Assembly: GCA_002269645.1 (NCBI GenBank) | Contig: NIVC01000362.1 | Location: 588,883 to 652,882 of the forward strand | DNA length: 64,000 nucleotides | Origin: Macrostomum lignano | Taxonomy: Eukaryota | Reading direction: 5' to 3' | Shown: positions 50,706 to 63,159 of the stretch, piece after piece | Position numbering within the stretch: the first letter of the stretch is position 1 | Layout of the letters: every line of letters starts with the position of its first letter | Made by a program: the position numbers and the translations under genes | Notes under the pieces: generated by a model | The model's input: the letters and a program-made list of their open reading frames with translations, nothing else | What the model was told of the DNA's origin: nothing | Databases searched by the model: none

Positions 50706-53693
50706 AAAAATGGAGTCAAAATGCCGGCCATAACCTCAGAGAGGCCGCCGACAGGGACATCAAAAGCTCAAACTTGATGCTACTCTGTAAATCAGAATGG
50801 GTTGAGAAGCCAAAACGTCTCAACGCAAAGTAAGTTTGGTCTGACAAAAACGATAAAGCATGACCAGTTCGGTAAAATATGTTTACAATCAGAGGCTTTT
50901 CCTAAAATATATTTATAATTGTTGCTAAACTAAACTTTCCAACTGATAATTGTATCGCTTAGAAGTTGGCTAAAATTGTTTGAACTGAATACTTTTAAAC
51001 CAATAAAAGAATTTCCGTTCACACGAGGTCTTCGCTGCTCAAAGGTCCTGAGCTCGATCCCGCTTACAGTGAGCCGTAGAGCTGTGGCTTCAATCACAGC
51101 GCAGAGACACCGTGCATCATGAAAGCATGATTTGGAGATTCAAATGAAAACTTTGTCAATCAGGAAAATTTACTAATTTATCTGGCCGTCTGCATTTCAG
51201 TAGCTTTAGAGGGCTGAGCATTCTGAGGGGAGCTCATCCAGATTGAGAGTTAGTCACAGGACTGGCACACAGGCACACTGGTACAGTGAAGTGTATGGAT
51301 CTGATAGCATATCTTAAATTTAAGTACAACAATAAAGTCTGCAATACGAGTATTTGATATTCCTAGGGTACTAAAGTGAGAAACTAAACCTAAATCTACC
51401 TTTAAAACTACATTGCAGACAAAGAAGCGTTAAGGCGAAAAGTACAAGTAAAGCAAATAGGAAGCTTATTTTAATATTATTGTTATTTTGTCATACAAAT
51501 AGTCGTTTATTAAATTTATCTAGTTCAAAAGTCCTAACAAGCATTCAGCACCATAGAAGCTACAAAACTGTGCAACAGGTGTTGGAGAGACGGTACACAT
51601 CAAAGAGGTACCGCCCACTCTGACATAACAAGTTAACAAAGTACTTTTATCCCACGCTATTTACGAGTTATTAAATATTAAATACAATACTAATCAGAAC
51701 AACTTTTAACATCAAAAATTGAAATGAAACAAATTGTGACAAGAAATTCTCAGTGAATATTACAGATACTCACGCGTAAAAAATCACAACCAAGAATGTC
51801 GTTTAGAAAAATATTACACAGCTTCAGATTTGAGTTTGAATGAGAGCTGTCGAACTCAAGCAGCTTCTGCGTGCTCCCACACACCGCAGTGAAGGCAGCA
51901 CAGAAAGGACACTTGCAAGTTGTAGCCAGGCTGTACAACTGTGCAGCAGGTAACAGCAAGGCGGCACACATCAAAGACACCGCCGACTCTGACATGAAAA
52001 ACTTAACAAAGTACGCTCAAAAAGAAACTGTACACTGTGACAAAAAAGTGAACAAAAGTACATTCATCCCACAGTGATTAATGAAAAATCAACAGTTTTA
52101 AATGGATCAAATTGTGACAAGATTCACAAAATGGCCATCATGAGTTGGTAGCTCTACTCAATAATGAACGATAAAAATGGAGCCAAAAGCCGGCCGACAA
52201 CTCAAACAGAGAACGCCGACAGTGACATAAAATGCTCAAACTTGATGCTAACTTCCGAGAGCCCACACGCACATATAAGAGTTGCCACCAACTCTGATAT
52301 AAAGACAACAAAAAAGTACTTTTATTCCACACTATTTATAAGTACAATACTAATAAGAATAAGAACTTTTCTCCTCAGAAAACAGAAATGGCACAAATTG
52401 TGACAAGAATCACAAAATGGCCATCATGAGGTGGTAGATCTACTCATCAAAGCACAATAAAAATCGAGTCAAAATGCCGGCCATAACCTCAAAGAGGCCG
52501 CCGACAGGGACATCAAGAGCCCAAAATTGATGCTACTTCTGCTAACAGAATAAGTTGAGAAGCTGCCGCTTCCCAGCATACAGTGGATCATGTCCACCAT
52601 AAGATCCCCACAGCACATTATCAAATGCTAGAGATAGCAAAACCATAAGAACCACACGGATGCATAACAAATCGTACTCCGCAAAATTATAATAAAACTC
52701 CAAAACATCTTTAAACTTCTTATAAAATGGCGCTGACAAAAGTACGACAAGAGTATTACAACTGACACAAAGTACACGGGTGTTTCAAGACGCTAAAAGT
52801 GCAAAAACGTCACATGAACTCTGCTGCTTCTCCATGCCCCGACACCGCAGTGAAGGCAGCACAGAAAGGGCACTTGCAAGTAGTGGCCAGGCTATGCAAC
52901 TGTGAAACAGGTGTCAGAGCCGGCACACATCAAAGACATGCCGCCGACTCTGACATAAAAAGTGAGCAAAGTACTTTTATCCCACACAATAAATAAATAC
53001 AATACTAATTAGAACAAGAACTTTTAATTTCAGAAACTGAAATTATAAATTGTGACAAGAAATTCTCAGTGAGTACAGATACTCAGGCGTAGAAAAAATT
53101 CACGACAAAAATGTAGCTAAAAAACACGGTAAACTCAATCAGAACTGCATAGAATGCCATCATATTTGCGAATGGTGAGCGCTCATATTCGTTCTATGTA
53201 GCCTATAGGAATTTCCGTTCCCACTCGTATGCTCCTCAGTGTTTTAAATAAAACGAACAGACAGTGGAGGCGCTCGCTTCACTCTTTTCTCTCGCCCGCC
53301 TCTGCAGGCCCAAAGGCATGGCCACTGCCTCGGCTGGGCTGTAGAACCGTGAAATACTGCGCTTTGAATTCAATTCTTTGCTATCCGATGTAAGCAGAAG
53401 GTGCAGGCAGTACGCAAAATCCTACCTGTTACAGTATGATTTTGAATGAGAGCTGACAAACTCAAGCAGCTTCTCCATACTCCCACACCGCAGTGAAGGC
53501 AGCAGAGAAAGGACACTTGCAAGTTGTAGCCAGACTGTGCAACCGAAGCGGCACAAATCAAAGACATGCCGCCGACTATGACATTAAAATGTAAACAAAG
53601 TACTTTTATCCCACAGAATTTATAAATACAATACTAATTAAAACAGGAACTTTACTTTAGGAGCTAAAAATGGCACAAATTGTGACAAGAATC

Positions 53694-53933
53694 ACAAAAT
53701 GGCCATTATGAGGTGGTAGATCGACTCATCAAAGCACAATACAAAATAGCCATCATGAGGTGGTAGATCGACTCATCAAAGCACAATACAAAATGGCCAT
53801 CATGAGGTGGTAGATCGACTCATCAAAGCACAATACAAAATGGCCATCATGAGGTGGTAGATCTACTCATCAAAGCACAATACAAAATGGCCATCATGAG
53901 GTGGTAGATCGACTCATCAAAGCACAATACAAA
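53694..53933. repeat. 47-bp satellite array, about 5 copies
   Basis: Same monomer; duplicate of the 48373 array with one extra unit. Confidence 0.9.
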
Positions 53934-55602
53934 ATGGAGCCAAAAGCCGGCCGACAACTCAAACAGAGAACGCCGACAGTGACATAAAATGCTCAAACTT
54001 GATGCTAACTTCCGAGAGCCCACACATATAAAAGAGGTGCCACCAACTCTGATATAAAGAGAACAAAAAGTACTTTTAACCCACAATAATTATACTTGCA
54101 ATATTAACAGAACTTAACGGCAACAAAAAGGGAGGAACCTTTGCTGCTGCGCCTCCCATCCCATCTGCAAAGCAGCCTAGCACAGGATGAGAAGCACAGA
54201 ATGGTCAGCATAAAGTCGTGAGCAGGCTGATCAAAGCACAATAAATCAATAAAGTCAATTTGGTGGCAGAGTGCTGAATGGCGTCAGAGACATCAATTGC
54301 AGCAACAGCCCGTGTTACTGCCGTGAGCACACCACGTGAGAAAGTTGTCGCATCAAAGCACAGTGACAGATCCCACTTGGATGTCCCACGAATTCTCACT
54401 GAGAACAGTTAGACAAACAAATAATTTTGTTCAACAGCCATGATTGAGTTGGATAAGATGCAAAACTAAAACATTACACACGGTTTCAAATTTGAGTTTG
54501 AATGAGAGCTAACGAACTCAAGCAGCTTCTCCATGCCCCGACACCGCAGTGAAGGCAGCACAGAATGGGCACTTGCAAGTAGTAGCCAGGCTGTGCAACT
54601 GTGAAACAGGTGTCAGCGAGACGGCACACATCAAAGAGAAGCTGTACACTCTGACGTAAAAAGTGAACAAAAGTACATTTATCCCACAGTGATTAATGAA
54701 AAATCAAAACAGATTTAAATGGATCAAATTGTGACGAGAATCACAAAATGGCCATCATGAGGTGCTAGATCTACTCATCAAAGCACAATACAAAATGGAG
54801 CCAAAAGCCGGCCGACAACTCAAACAGAGAACGCCGACAGTGACATAAAATGCTCAAACTTGATGCTAACTTCCGAGAGCCCACACATATAAAAGAGGTG
54901 CCACCAACTCTGATATAAAGAGAACAAAAAGTACTTTTAACCCACAATAATTATACTTGCAATATTAACAGAACTTAACGGCAACAAAAAGGCAGGAACC
55001 TTTGCTGCTGCGCCTCCCATCCCATCTGCAAAGCAGCCTAGCACAGGATGAGAAGCACAGAATGGTCATCATAAAGTCGTGAGCAGGCTGATTAAAGCAC
55101 AATAAACCAATAAAGTCAATTTGGTGGCAGAGTGTTGAATGGCATCAGAGACATCAATTGCAGCAACAGCCCGTGTTACTGCCGTGAGCACACCACGTGA
55201 GAAAGTTGTCGCATCAAAGCACAGTGACAGATCCCACTTGGATGTCCCACGAATTCTCACTGAGAACAGTGAGACAAACAAATAATTTTGTTCAACAGCC
55301 ATGATTGAGTTGGATAAGATGCAAAACTAAAACATTACACACGGTTTCAAATTTGAGTTTGAATGAGAGCTGACGAACTCAGCAGCTTCTCCATGCCCCG
55401 ACACCGCAGTGAAGGCAGCACAGAATGGGCACTTGCAAGTTGTAGCCAGGCTGTGCAACTGTGCAACAGGTGTCAGCGAGACGGCACACATCAAAGAGAA
55501 GCTGTACACTCTGACGTAAAAAGTGAACAAAAGTACATTTATCCCACAGTGATTAATGAAAAATCAAAACAGATTTAAATGGATCAAATTGTGACGAGAA
55601 TC

Positions 55603-56073
55603 ACAAAATGGCCATCATGAGGTGCTAGATCTACTCATCAAAGCACAATACAAAATGGCCATCATGAGGTGGTAGATCTACTCATCAAAGCACGATACAA
55701 AATGGTCATCATGAGGTGGTAGATCTACTCATCAAAGCACAATACAAAATGGCCATCATGAGGTGGTAGATCTACTCATCAAAGCACAATACAAAATGGC
55801 CATCATGAGGTGGTAGATCTACTTATCAAAGCACAATACAAAATGGCCATCATGAGGTGGTAGATCGACTCATCAAAGCACAATACAAAATGGCCATCAT
55901 GAGGTGGTAGATCTACTCATCAAAGCACAATACAAAATGGCCATCATGAGGTGGTAGATCTACTCATCAAAGCACGATACAAAATGGTCATCATGAGGTG
56001 GTAGATCGACTCATCAAAGCACAATACAAAATGGCCATCATGAGGTGGTAGATCTACTTATCAAAGCACGATA
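55603..56073. repeat. 47-bp satellite array, about 10 copies
   Basis: Duplicate of the 50235 array. Confidence 0.93.
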
Positions 56074-59059
56074 AAAAATGGAGTCAAAATGCCGGCCATA
56101 ACCTCAGAGAGGCCGCCGACAGGGACATCAAAAGCTCAAACTTGATGCTACTCTGTAAATCAGAATGGGTTGAGAAGCCAAAACGTCTCAACGCAAAGTA
56201 AGTTTGGTCTGACAAAAACGATAAAGCATGACCAGTTCGGTAAAATATGTTTACAATCAGAGGCTTTTCCTAAAATATATTTATAATTGTTGCTAAACTA
56301 AACTTTCCAACTGATAATTGTATCGCTTAGAAGTTGGCTAAAATTGTTTGAACTGAATACTTTTAAACCAATAAAAGAATTTCCGTTCACACGAGGTCTT
56401 CGCTGCTCAAAGGTCCTGAGCTCGATCCCGCTTACAGTGAGCCGTAGAGCTGTGGCTTCAATCACAGCGCAGAGACACCGTGCATCATGAAAGCATGATT
56501 TGGAGATTCAAATGAAAACTTTGTCAATCAGGAAAATTTACTAATTTATCTGGCCGTCTGCATTTCAGTAGCTTTAGAGGGCTGAGCATTCTGAGGGGAG
56601 CTCATCCAGATTGAGAGTTAGTCACAGGACTGGCACACAGGCACACTGGTACAGTGAAGTGTATGGATCTGATAGCATATCTTAAATTTAAGTACAACAA
56701 TAAAGTCTGCAATACGAGTATTTGATATTCCTAGGGTACTAAAGTGAGAAACTAAACCTAAATCTACCTTTAAAACTACATTGCAGACAAAGAAGCGTTA
56801 AGGCGAAAAGTACAAGTAAAGCAAATAGGAAGCTTATTTTAATATTATTGTTATTTTGTCATACAAATAGTCGTTTATTAAATTTATCTAGTTCAAAAGT
56901 CCTAACAAGCATTCAGCACCATAGAAGCTACAAAACTGTGCAACAGGTGTTGGAGAGACGGTACACATCAAAGAGGTACCGCCCACTCTGACATAACAAG
57001 TTAACAAAGTACTTTTATCCCACGCTATTTACGAGTTATTAAATATTAAATACAATACTAATCAGAACAACTTTTAACATCAAAAATTGAAATGAAACAA
57101 ATTGTGACAAGAAATTCTCAGTGAATATTACAGATACTCACGCGTAAAAAATCACAACCAAGAATGTCGTTTAGAAAAATATTACACAGCTTCAGATTTG
57201 AGTTTGAATGAGAGCTGTCGAACTCAAGCAGCTTCTGCGTGCTCCCACACACCGCAGTGAAGGCAGCACAGAAAGGACACTTGCAAGTTGTAGCCAGGCT
57301 GTACAACTGTGCAGCAGGTAACAGCAAGGCGGCACACATCAAAGACACCGCCGACTCTGACATGAAAAACTTAACAAAGTACGCTCAAAAAGAAACTGTA
57401 CACTGTGACAAAAAAGTGAACAAAAGTACATTCATCCCACAGTGATTAATGAAAAATCAACAGTTTTAAATGGATCAAATTGTGACAAGATTCACAAAAT
57501 GGCCATCATGAGTTGGTAGCTCTACTCAATAATGAACGATAAAAATGGAGCCAAAAGCCGGCCGACAACTCAAACAGAGAACGCCGACAGTGACATAAAA
57601 TGCTCAAACTTGATGCTAACTTCCGAGAGCCCACACGCACATATAAGAGTTGCCACCAACTCTGATATAAAGACAACAAAAAAGTACTTTTATTCCACAC
57701 TATTTATAAGTACAATACTAATAAGAATAAGAACTTTTCTCCTCAGAAAACAGAAATGGCACAAATTGTGACAAGAATCACAAAATGGCCATCATGAGGT
57801 GGTAGATCTACTCATCAAAGCACAATAAAAATCGAGTCAAAATGCCGGCCATAACCTCAAAGAGGCCGCCGACAGGGACATCAAGAGCCCAAAATTGATG
57901 CTACTTCTGCTAACAGAATAAGTTGAGAAGCTGCCGCTTCCCAGCATACAGTGGATCATGTCCACCATAAGATCCCCACAGCACATTATCAAATGCTAGA
58001 GATAGCAAAACCATAAGAACCACACGGATGCATAACAAATCGTACTCCGCAAAATTATAATAAAACTCCAAAACATCTTTAAACTTCTTATAAAATGGCG
58101 CTGACAAAAGTACGACAAGAGTATTACAACTGACACAAAGTACACGGGTGTTTCAAGACGCTAAAAGTGCAAAAACGTCACATGAACTCTGCTGCTTCTC
58201 CATGCCCCGACACCGCAGTGAAGGCAGCACAGAAAGGGCACTTGCAAGTAGTGGCCAGGCTATGCAACTGTGAAACAGGTGTCAGAGCCGGCACACATCA
58301 AAGACATGCCGCCGACTCTGACATAAAAAGTGAGCAAAGTACTTTTATCCCACACAATAAATAAATACAATACTAATTAGAACAAGAACTTTTAATTTCA
58401 GAAACTGAAATTATAAATTGTGACAAGAAATTCTCAGTGAGTACAGATACTCAGGCGTAGAAAAAATTCACGACAAAAATGTAGCTAAAAAACACGGTAA
58501 ACTCAATCAGAACTGCATAGAATGCCATCATATTTGCGAATGGTGAGCGCTCATATTCGTTCTATGTAGCCTATAGGAATTTCCGTTCCCACTCGTATGC
58601 TCCTCAGTGTTTTAAATAAAACGAACAGACAGTGGAGGCGCTCGCTTCACTCTTTTCTCTCGCCCGCCTCTGCAGGCCCAAAGGCATGGCCACTGCCTCG
58701 GCTGGGCTGTAGAACCGTGAAATACTGCGCTTTGAATTCAATTCTTTGCTATCCGATGTAAGCAGAAGGTGCAGGCAGTACGCAAAATCCTACCTGTTAC
58801 AGTATGATTTTGAATGAGAGCTGACAAACTCAAGCAGCTTCTCCATACTCCACACCGCAGTGAAGGCAGCAGAGAAAGGACACTTGCAAGTTGTAGCCAG
58901 ACTGTGCAACCGAAGCGGCACAAATCAAAGACATGCCGCCGACTATGACATTAAAATGTAAACAAAGTACTTTTATCCCACAGAATTTATAAATACAATA
59001 CTAATTAAAACAGGAACTTTACTTTAGGAGCTAAAAATGGCAAAAATTGTGAAAAGAAT

Positions 59060-60423
59060 CACAAAATGGCCATTATGAGGTGGTAGATCGACTCATCAAA
59101 GCACAATACAAAATGGCCATCATGAGGTGGTAGATCGACTCATCAAAGCACAATACAAAATGGCCATCATGAGGTGGTAGATCTACTCATCAAAGCACAA
59201 TACAAAATGGCCATCATGAGGTGGTAGATCTACTTATCAAAGCACAATACAAAATGGCCATCATGAGGTGGTAGATCTACTCATCAAAGCACAATACAAA
59301 ATGGCCATCATGAGGTGGTAGATCGACTCATCAAAGCACAATACAAAATGGCCATCATGAGGTGGTAGATCGACTCATCAAAGCACAATACAAAATGGCC
59401 ATCATGAGGTGGTAGATCGACTCATCAAAGCACAATACAAAATGGCCATCATGAGGTGGTAGATCGACTCATCAAAGCACAATACAAAATGGCCATCATG
59501 AGGTGGTAGATCTACTTATCAAAGCACAATACAAAATGGCCATCATGAGGTGGTAGATCGACTCATCAAAGCACAATACAAAATGGCCATCATGAGGTGG
59601 TAGATTTACTCATCAAAGCACAATACAAAATGGCCATCATGAGGTGGTAGATCGACTCATCAAAGCACAATACAAAATGGCCATCATGAGGTGGTAGATC
59701 TACTCATCAAAGCACAATACAAAATGGCCATCATGAGGTGGTAGATCGACTCATCAAAGCACAATACAAAATGGCCATCATGAGGTGGTAGATCTACTCA
59801 TCAAAGCACAATACAAAATGGCCATCATGAGGTGGTAGATCGACTCATCAAAGCACAATACAAAATGGCCATCATGAGGTGGTAGATCGACTCATCAAAG
59901 CACAATACAAAATGGCCATCATGAGGTGGTAGATCTACTTATCAAAGCACAATACAAAATGGCCATCATGAGGTGGTAGATCGACTCATCAAAGCACAAT
60001 ACAAAATGGCCATCATGAGGTGGTAGATCGACTCATCAAAGCACAATACAAAATGGCCATCATGAGGTGGTAGATCGACTCATCAAAGCACAATACAAAA
60101 TGGCCATCATGAGGTGGTAGATCGACTCATCAAAGCACAATACAAAATGGCCATCATGAGGTGGTAGATCTACTTATCAAAGCACAATACAAAATGGCCA
60201 TCATGAGGTGGTAGATCGACTCATCAAAGCACAATACAAAATGGCCATCATGAGGTGGTAGATCTACTCATCAAAGCACAATACAAAATGGCCATCATGA
60301 GGTGGTAGATCGACTCATCAAAGCACAATACAAAATGGCCATCATGAGGTGGTAGATCTACTTATCAAAGCACAATACAAAATGGCCATCATGAGGTGGT
60401 AGATCTACTTATCAAAGCACAAT
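59060..60423. repeat. 47-bp satellite array, about 29 copies (longest)
   Basis: Same monomer. Confidence 0.95.
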
Positions 60424-63159
60424 AAAAATGGAGCCAAAATGCCGGCCATAGCCTCAGAGAGGCCACCGACAGGGACATCAAAAGCTTAAACTTGATGCTA
60501 CTCTGTAAATCAGAATGGGTTGAGAAGCCAAAACGTCTCAACGCAAAGTAAGTTTGGTCTGACAAAAACGATAAAGCATGACCAGTTCGGTAAAATATGT
60601 TTACAATCAGAGGCTGTTCCTAAAGTATATTTATAATTGTTGCTAAACTAAACTTTCCAACTGATAATTGTATTACTTAGAAGTTGGCTAAAATTGTTTG
60701 AACTGAATACTACTCATTAGGTCAGTAGTGAGAAGCGAGTTGAGCACATTGAGCTAAAATGGTTAGGTGATCAAACTTTAAAAAATTGAGTTTTAAACCA
60801 CTAAAAAGAATTATCCGACCACAGGTCTTTACTGCTCAAAGTTCCCAAGCTCGATCCCACCTTGATGAGATCCGGAGGCCCTTTGAGGTTTAGGTAGAGG
60901 CTGCAATTCGAGACCTGCTGAAGCACGCTTTAAACAGAGAAGCCGCCAAGGTGAAGCGCCGCCGTACGGTAGGACTTGAGGTGACTGCGCATCTGCAAAC
61001 AGATTTTCTACAGCACGCTTTTGCTTCGTTGAGCGACTGCTTTAAATTGTACTGTAGCTCACAGCTCACAGTAGACCGTGACTTCAAGCACAGCGCTGAG
61101 ACGGCCGCGACTCATAAAAGCATGATTTGGGTATTGAAATGAAAACTTTGTCAATCAGTAAAATTAAATAAATCACTGACAGATTGAATGAAAGAAAGCA
61201 ATTTAACTGGTCGTCTGAATTTCTGTGGCATTGGGGGGCTGATCATCCTAAAGCCTCGCACTGGCACTGTGAACAGTGTCTGAATCTGATCTACCTTAAA
61301 ACTGCATTGCTGCCCAGAAGCATGAGGGCAAATAAGTATGGCAAATAAAAAAGCATATTTAAATAACTTTGTTACTTTGAAAAATTAACTGATGTTTCTT
61401 TATTTAGTTCAAAAGTGCTGAATAAAAACAGCCTTTGGCTCCATTGAAGCTGCACAACTGTGCAACAGGTGTGAGAGAGACGGCACACATCAAAGAGATG
61501 CACTAATTCTGACAAAGAGAACAAGGTACACTTATCCCACACTTTAAAATTACAAAATTATTTTTAAACGTTTCAATTAAGAAATGGAATGGCACAAACT
61601 GCGACAAGAATTACAAAATGGCCAACATGAGGTGGTAGATCTACTCATCAAAGCACAATAAAAATCGAGCCAAAATGCCGGCCATAAGCTCAAAGAGAGG
61701 CCGCCGACAGGGACAGCAAGAGCTCAAAAGTTGCAGCTGACAGAAGAACAAGTGTTTTACTACTGACAGACATACGACGTGTTCTTTAAGACGCTAAAAG
61801 TGCAAAAATATCACATGAACTCAGCAGCTTCTCCATGCCCCGACACCGCAGTGAAGGCAGCACAGAAAGGGCACTTGCAAGTAGTGGCCAGGCTGTGCAA
61901 CTGTGCAACAGATGTCAGCGAGGCGACACACATCAAAGACATGCCGCCGACTCTGACATAAAAAGTGAGCAAAGTACTTTTATTCCACACTATTTATACA
62001 TACAATACTAATTAGAACAAGAACTTTTAATTTCAGAAACTGAAAAAAAGCCTAAATTGTTGCAAGAATTACAAAATGGCCATCATGAGGTGGTAGATCT
62101 ACTCATCAAAGCACGATAAAAATGTGCAACAGGTGCCAAAGCCGATACACAACTTAGATTGCCGTTGAGTCTGACACAAAGAACAAAGTAGTTTTATCCC
62201 ACACCATTTATATTTGATACACTGCAGCAGGACAACAAATCCAGAATAGAAGCCTATGAGAACAGACAAGATCATTGACACCTGCAGCCGGCGTCATCAC
62301 AACTGATGCAGCTGGAGATGCACAAACGCCTCTTATGGCTGCAAATTAGGAAGAAAAACGACGTGAACAAAACAGGCGGCAACGGGCGAGGCTCGCCACA
62401 ATGAGTCAGAAGTCCAGACTCAGCAACGGCAGGAATAGGACAATCAGAGGCAAATCAGATCAAAGAAATGCCGCTGACTAGCATAAAGAGAGAACGAAAT
62501 ACTTTTATCCCACATTATTTATTACAGTATTATTCTAAAAACTCTTCTCCTCAGAAAGCAGAAATGGCACAAACTGTGACAAGAATCACAAAATGGCCAT
62601 CATGAGGTGGTAGATCTACTCATCAAAGCACAATAAAAATCGAGTCAAAATGCCGGCCATAACCTCAGAGAGGTCTCCAACAGGGACATCAAGAGCTCAA
62701 ATGCGATGCTACTTCTGCTAACAGAATGAGTTGAGAAGCTGCCGCTTCCCAGCCTGCAGTGGATCATGTCCACCATGAGAATGCCACAGCACATTATCAA
62801 ATGTTGGACTACACAGATGCATAATGACAAAATCGTACTCCAAAAACTCATAATAAAAATTACAAAAAATGTTTGAATTTCTGATAAAATTGTAGCGCAA
62901 GAGTTTTATAGACTCAAAACACACGGGTGTTTCAAGACTCAAGCAGTTTCTTCATGCTCCCACACCGCAGTGCAGCATAGAAAGGACACTTGCAAGTTGT
63001 AGCCAGGCTGTGCAAATGTGCAACAGGTACCACAGAATCGGTACACATCAAAGAGATATCGACATAAAAATGAACAATAGTACTTTTATCCCACACTATT
63101 TATAACTATAATAGTAATTAGAGCATTTAAATGATTCCAAAGAAAAGCGTATTCGGTCG

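Larger units (their letters stand above)
47604..59200. repeat. Near-identical tandem segmental duplication, unit about 5.32-5.37 kb (2 full copies plus a partial third)
   Basis: ORF pairs are offset by exactly 5368 (49701/55069, 51750/57118, 52799/58167) or by 5321 (48049/53370; one 47-mer fewer). Confidence 0.92.
35800..63120 (+). pseudogene. Mosaic array of non-coding ankyrin-repeat gene fragments (decayed or cassette-like locus)
   Basis: Plus-strand fragments read SQNGHHEVVDLLIKA, AQNGHHKVVSRLIKA (8 copies), AAxKGHLQVVARL/AAQNGHLQVVARL (20 copies), HLDVPRILTEN, LKLDAN, DENGA, ADSDIK and KRGATNSDIK. All are broken by stops or frameshifts; I found no intact multi-repeat ORF. Confidence 0.75.

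Noticed and set aside
35940-60423. 47-bp arrays as CRISPR arrays
   Set aside because: Monomers are contiguous with no unique spacers, there are no cas genes, and the context is a eukaryotic intron-containing genome.
36900-62950. Minus-strand 60-150-aa ORFs in the mosaic, or an intact spliced ankyrin gene
   Set aside because: Minus ORFs are Cys/Ser-rich antisense reads that recur only because of duplication. In the plus-strand exon candidates I tested, stops or frameshifts (e.g. LIKAQ-stop) prevent a multi-repeat product.
35860-63100. U12-type introns, snoRNA or SL RNA gene array
   Set aside because: The box is not GTATCCTT/ATATCCTT, I saw no TCCTTAAC branch, no paired C/D boxes, and no SL exon-donor-Sm site arrangement.
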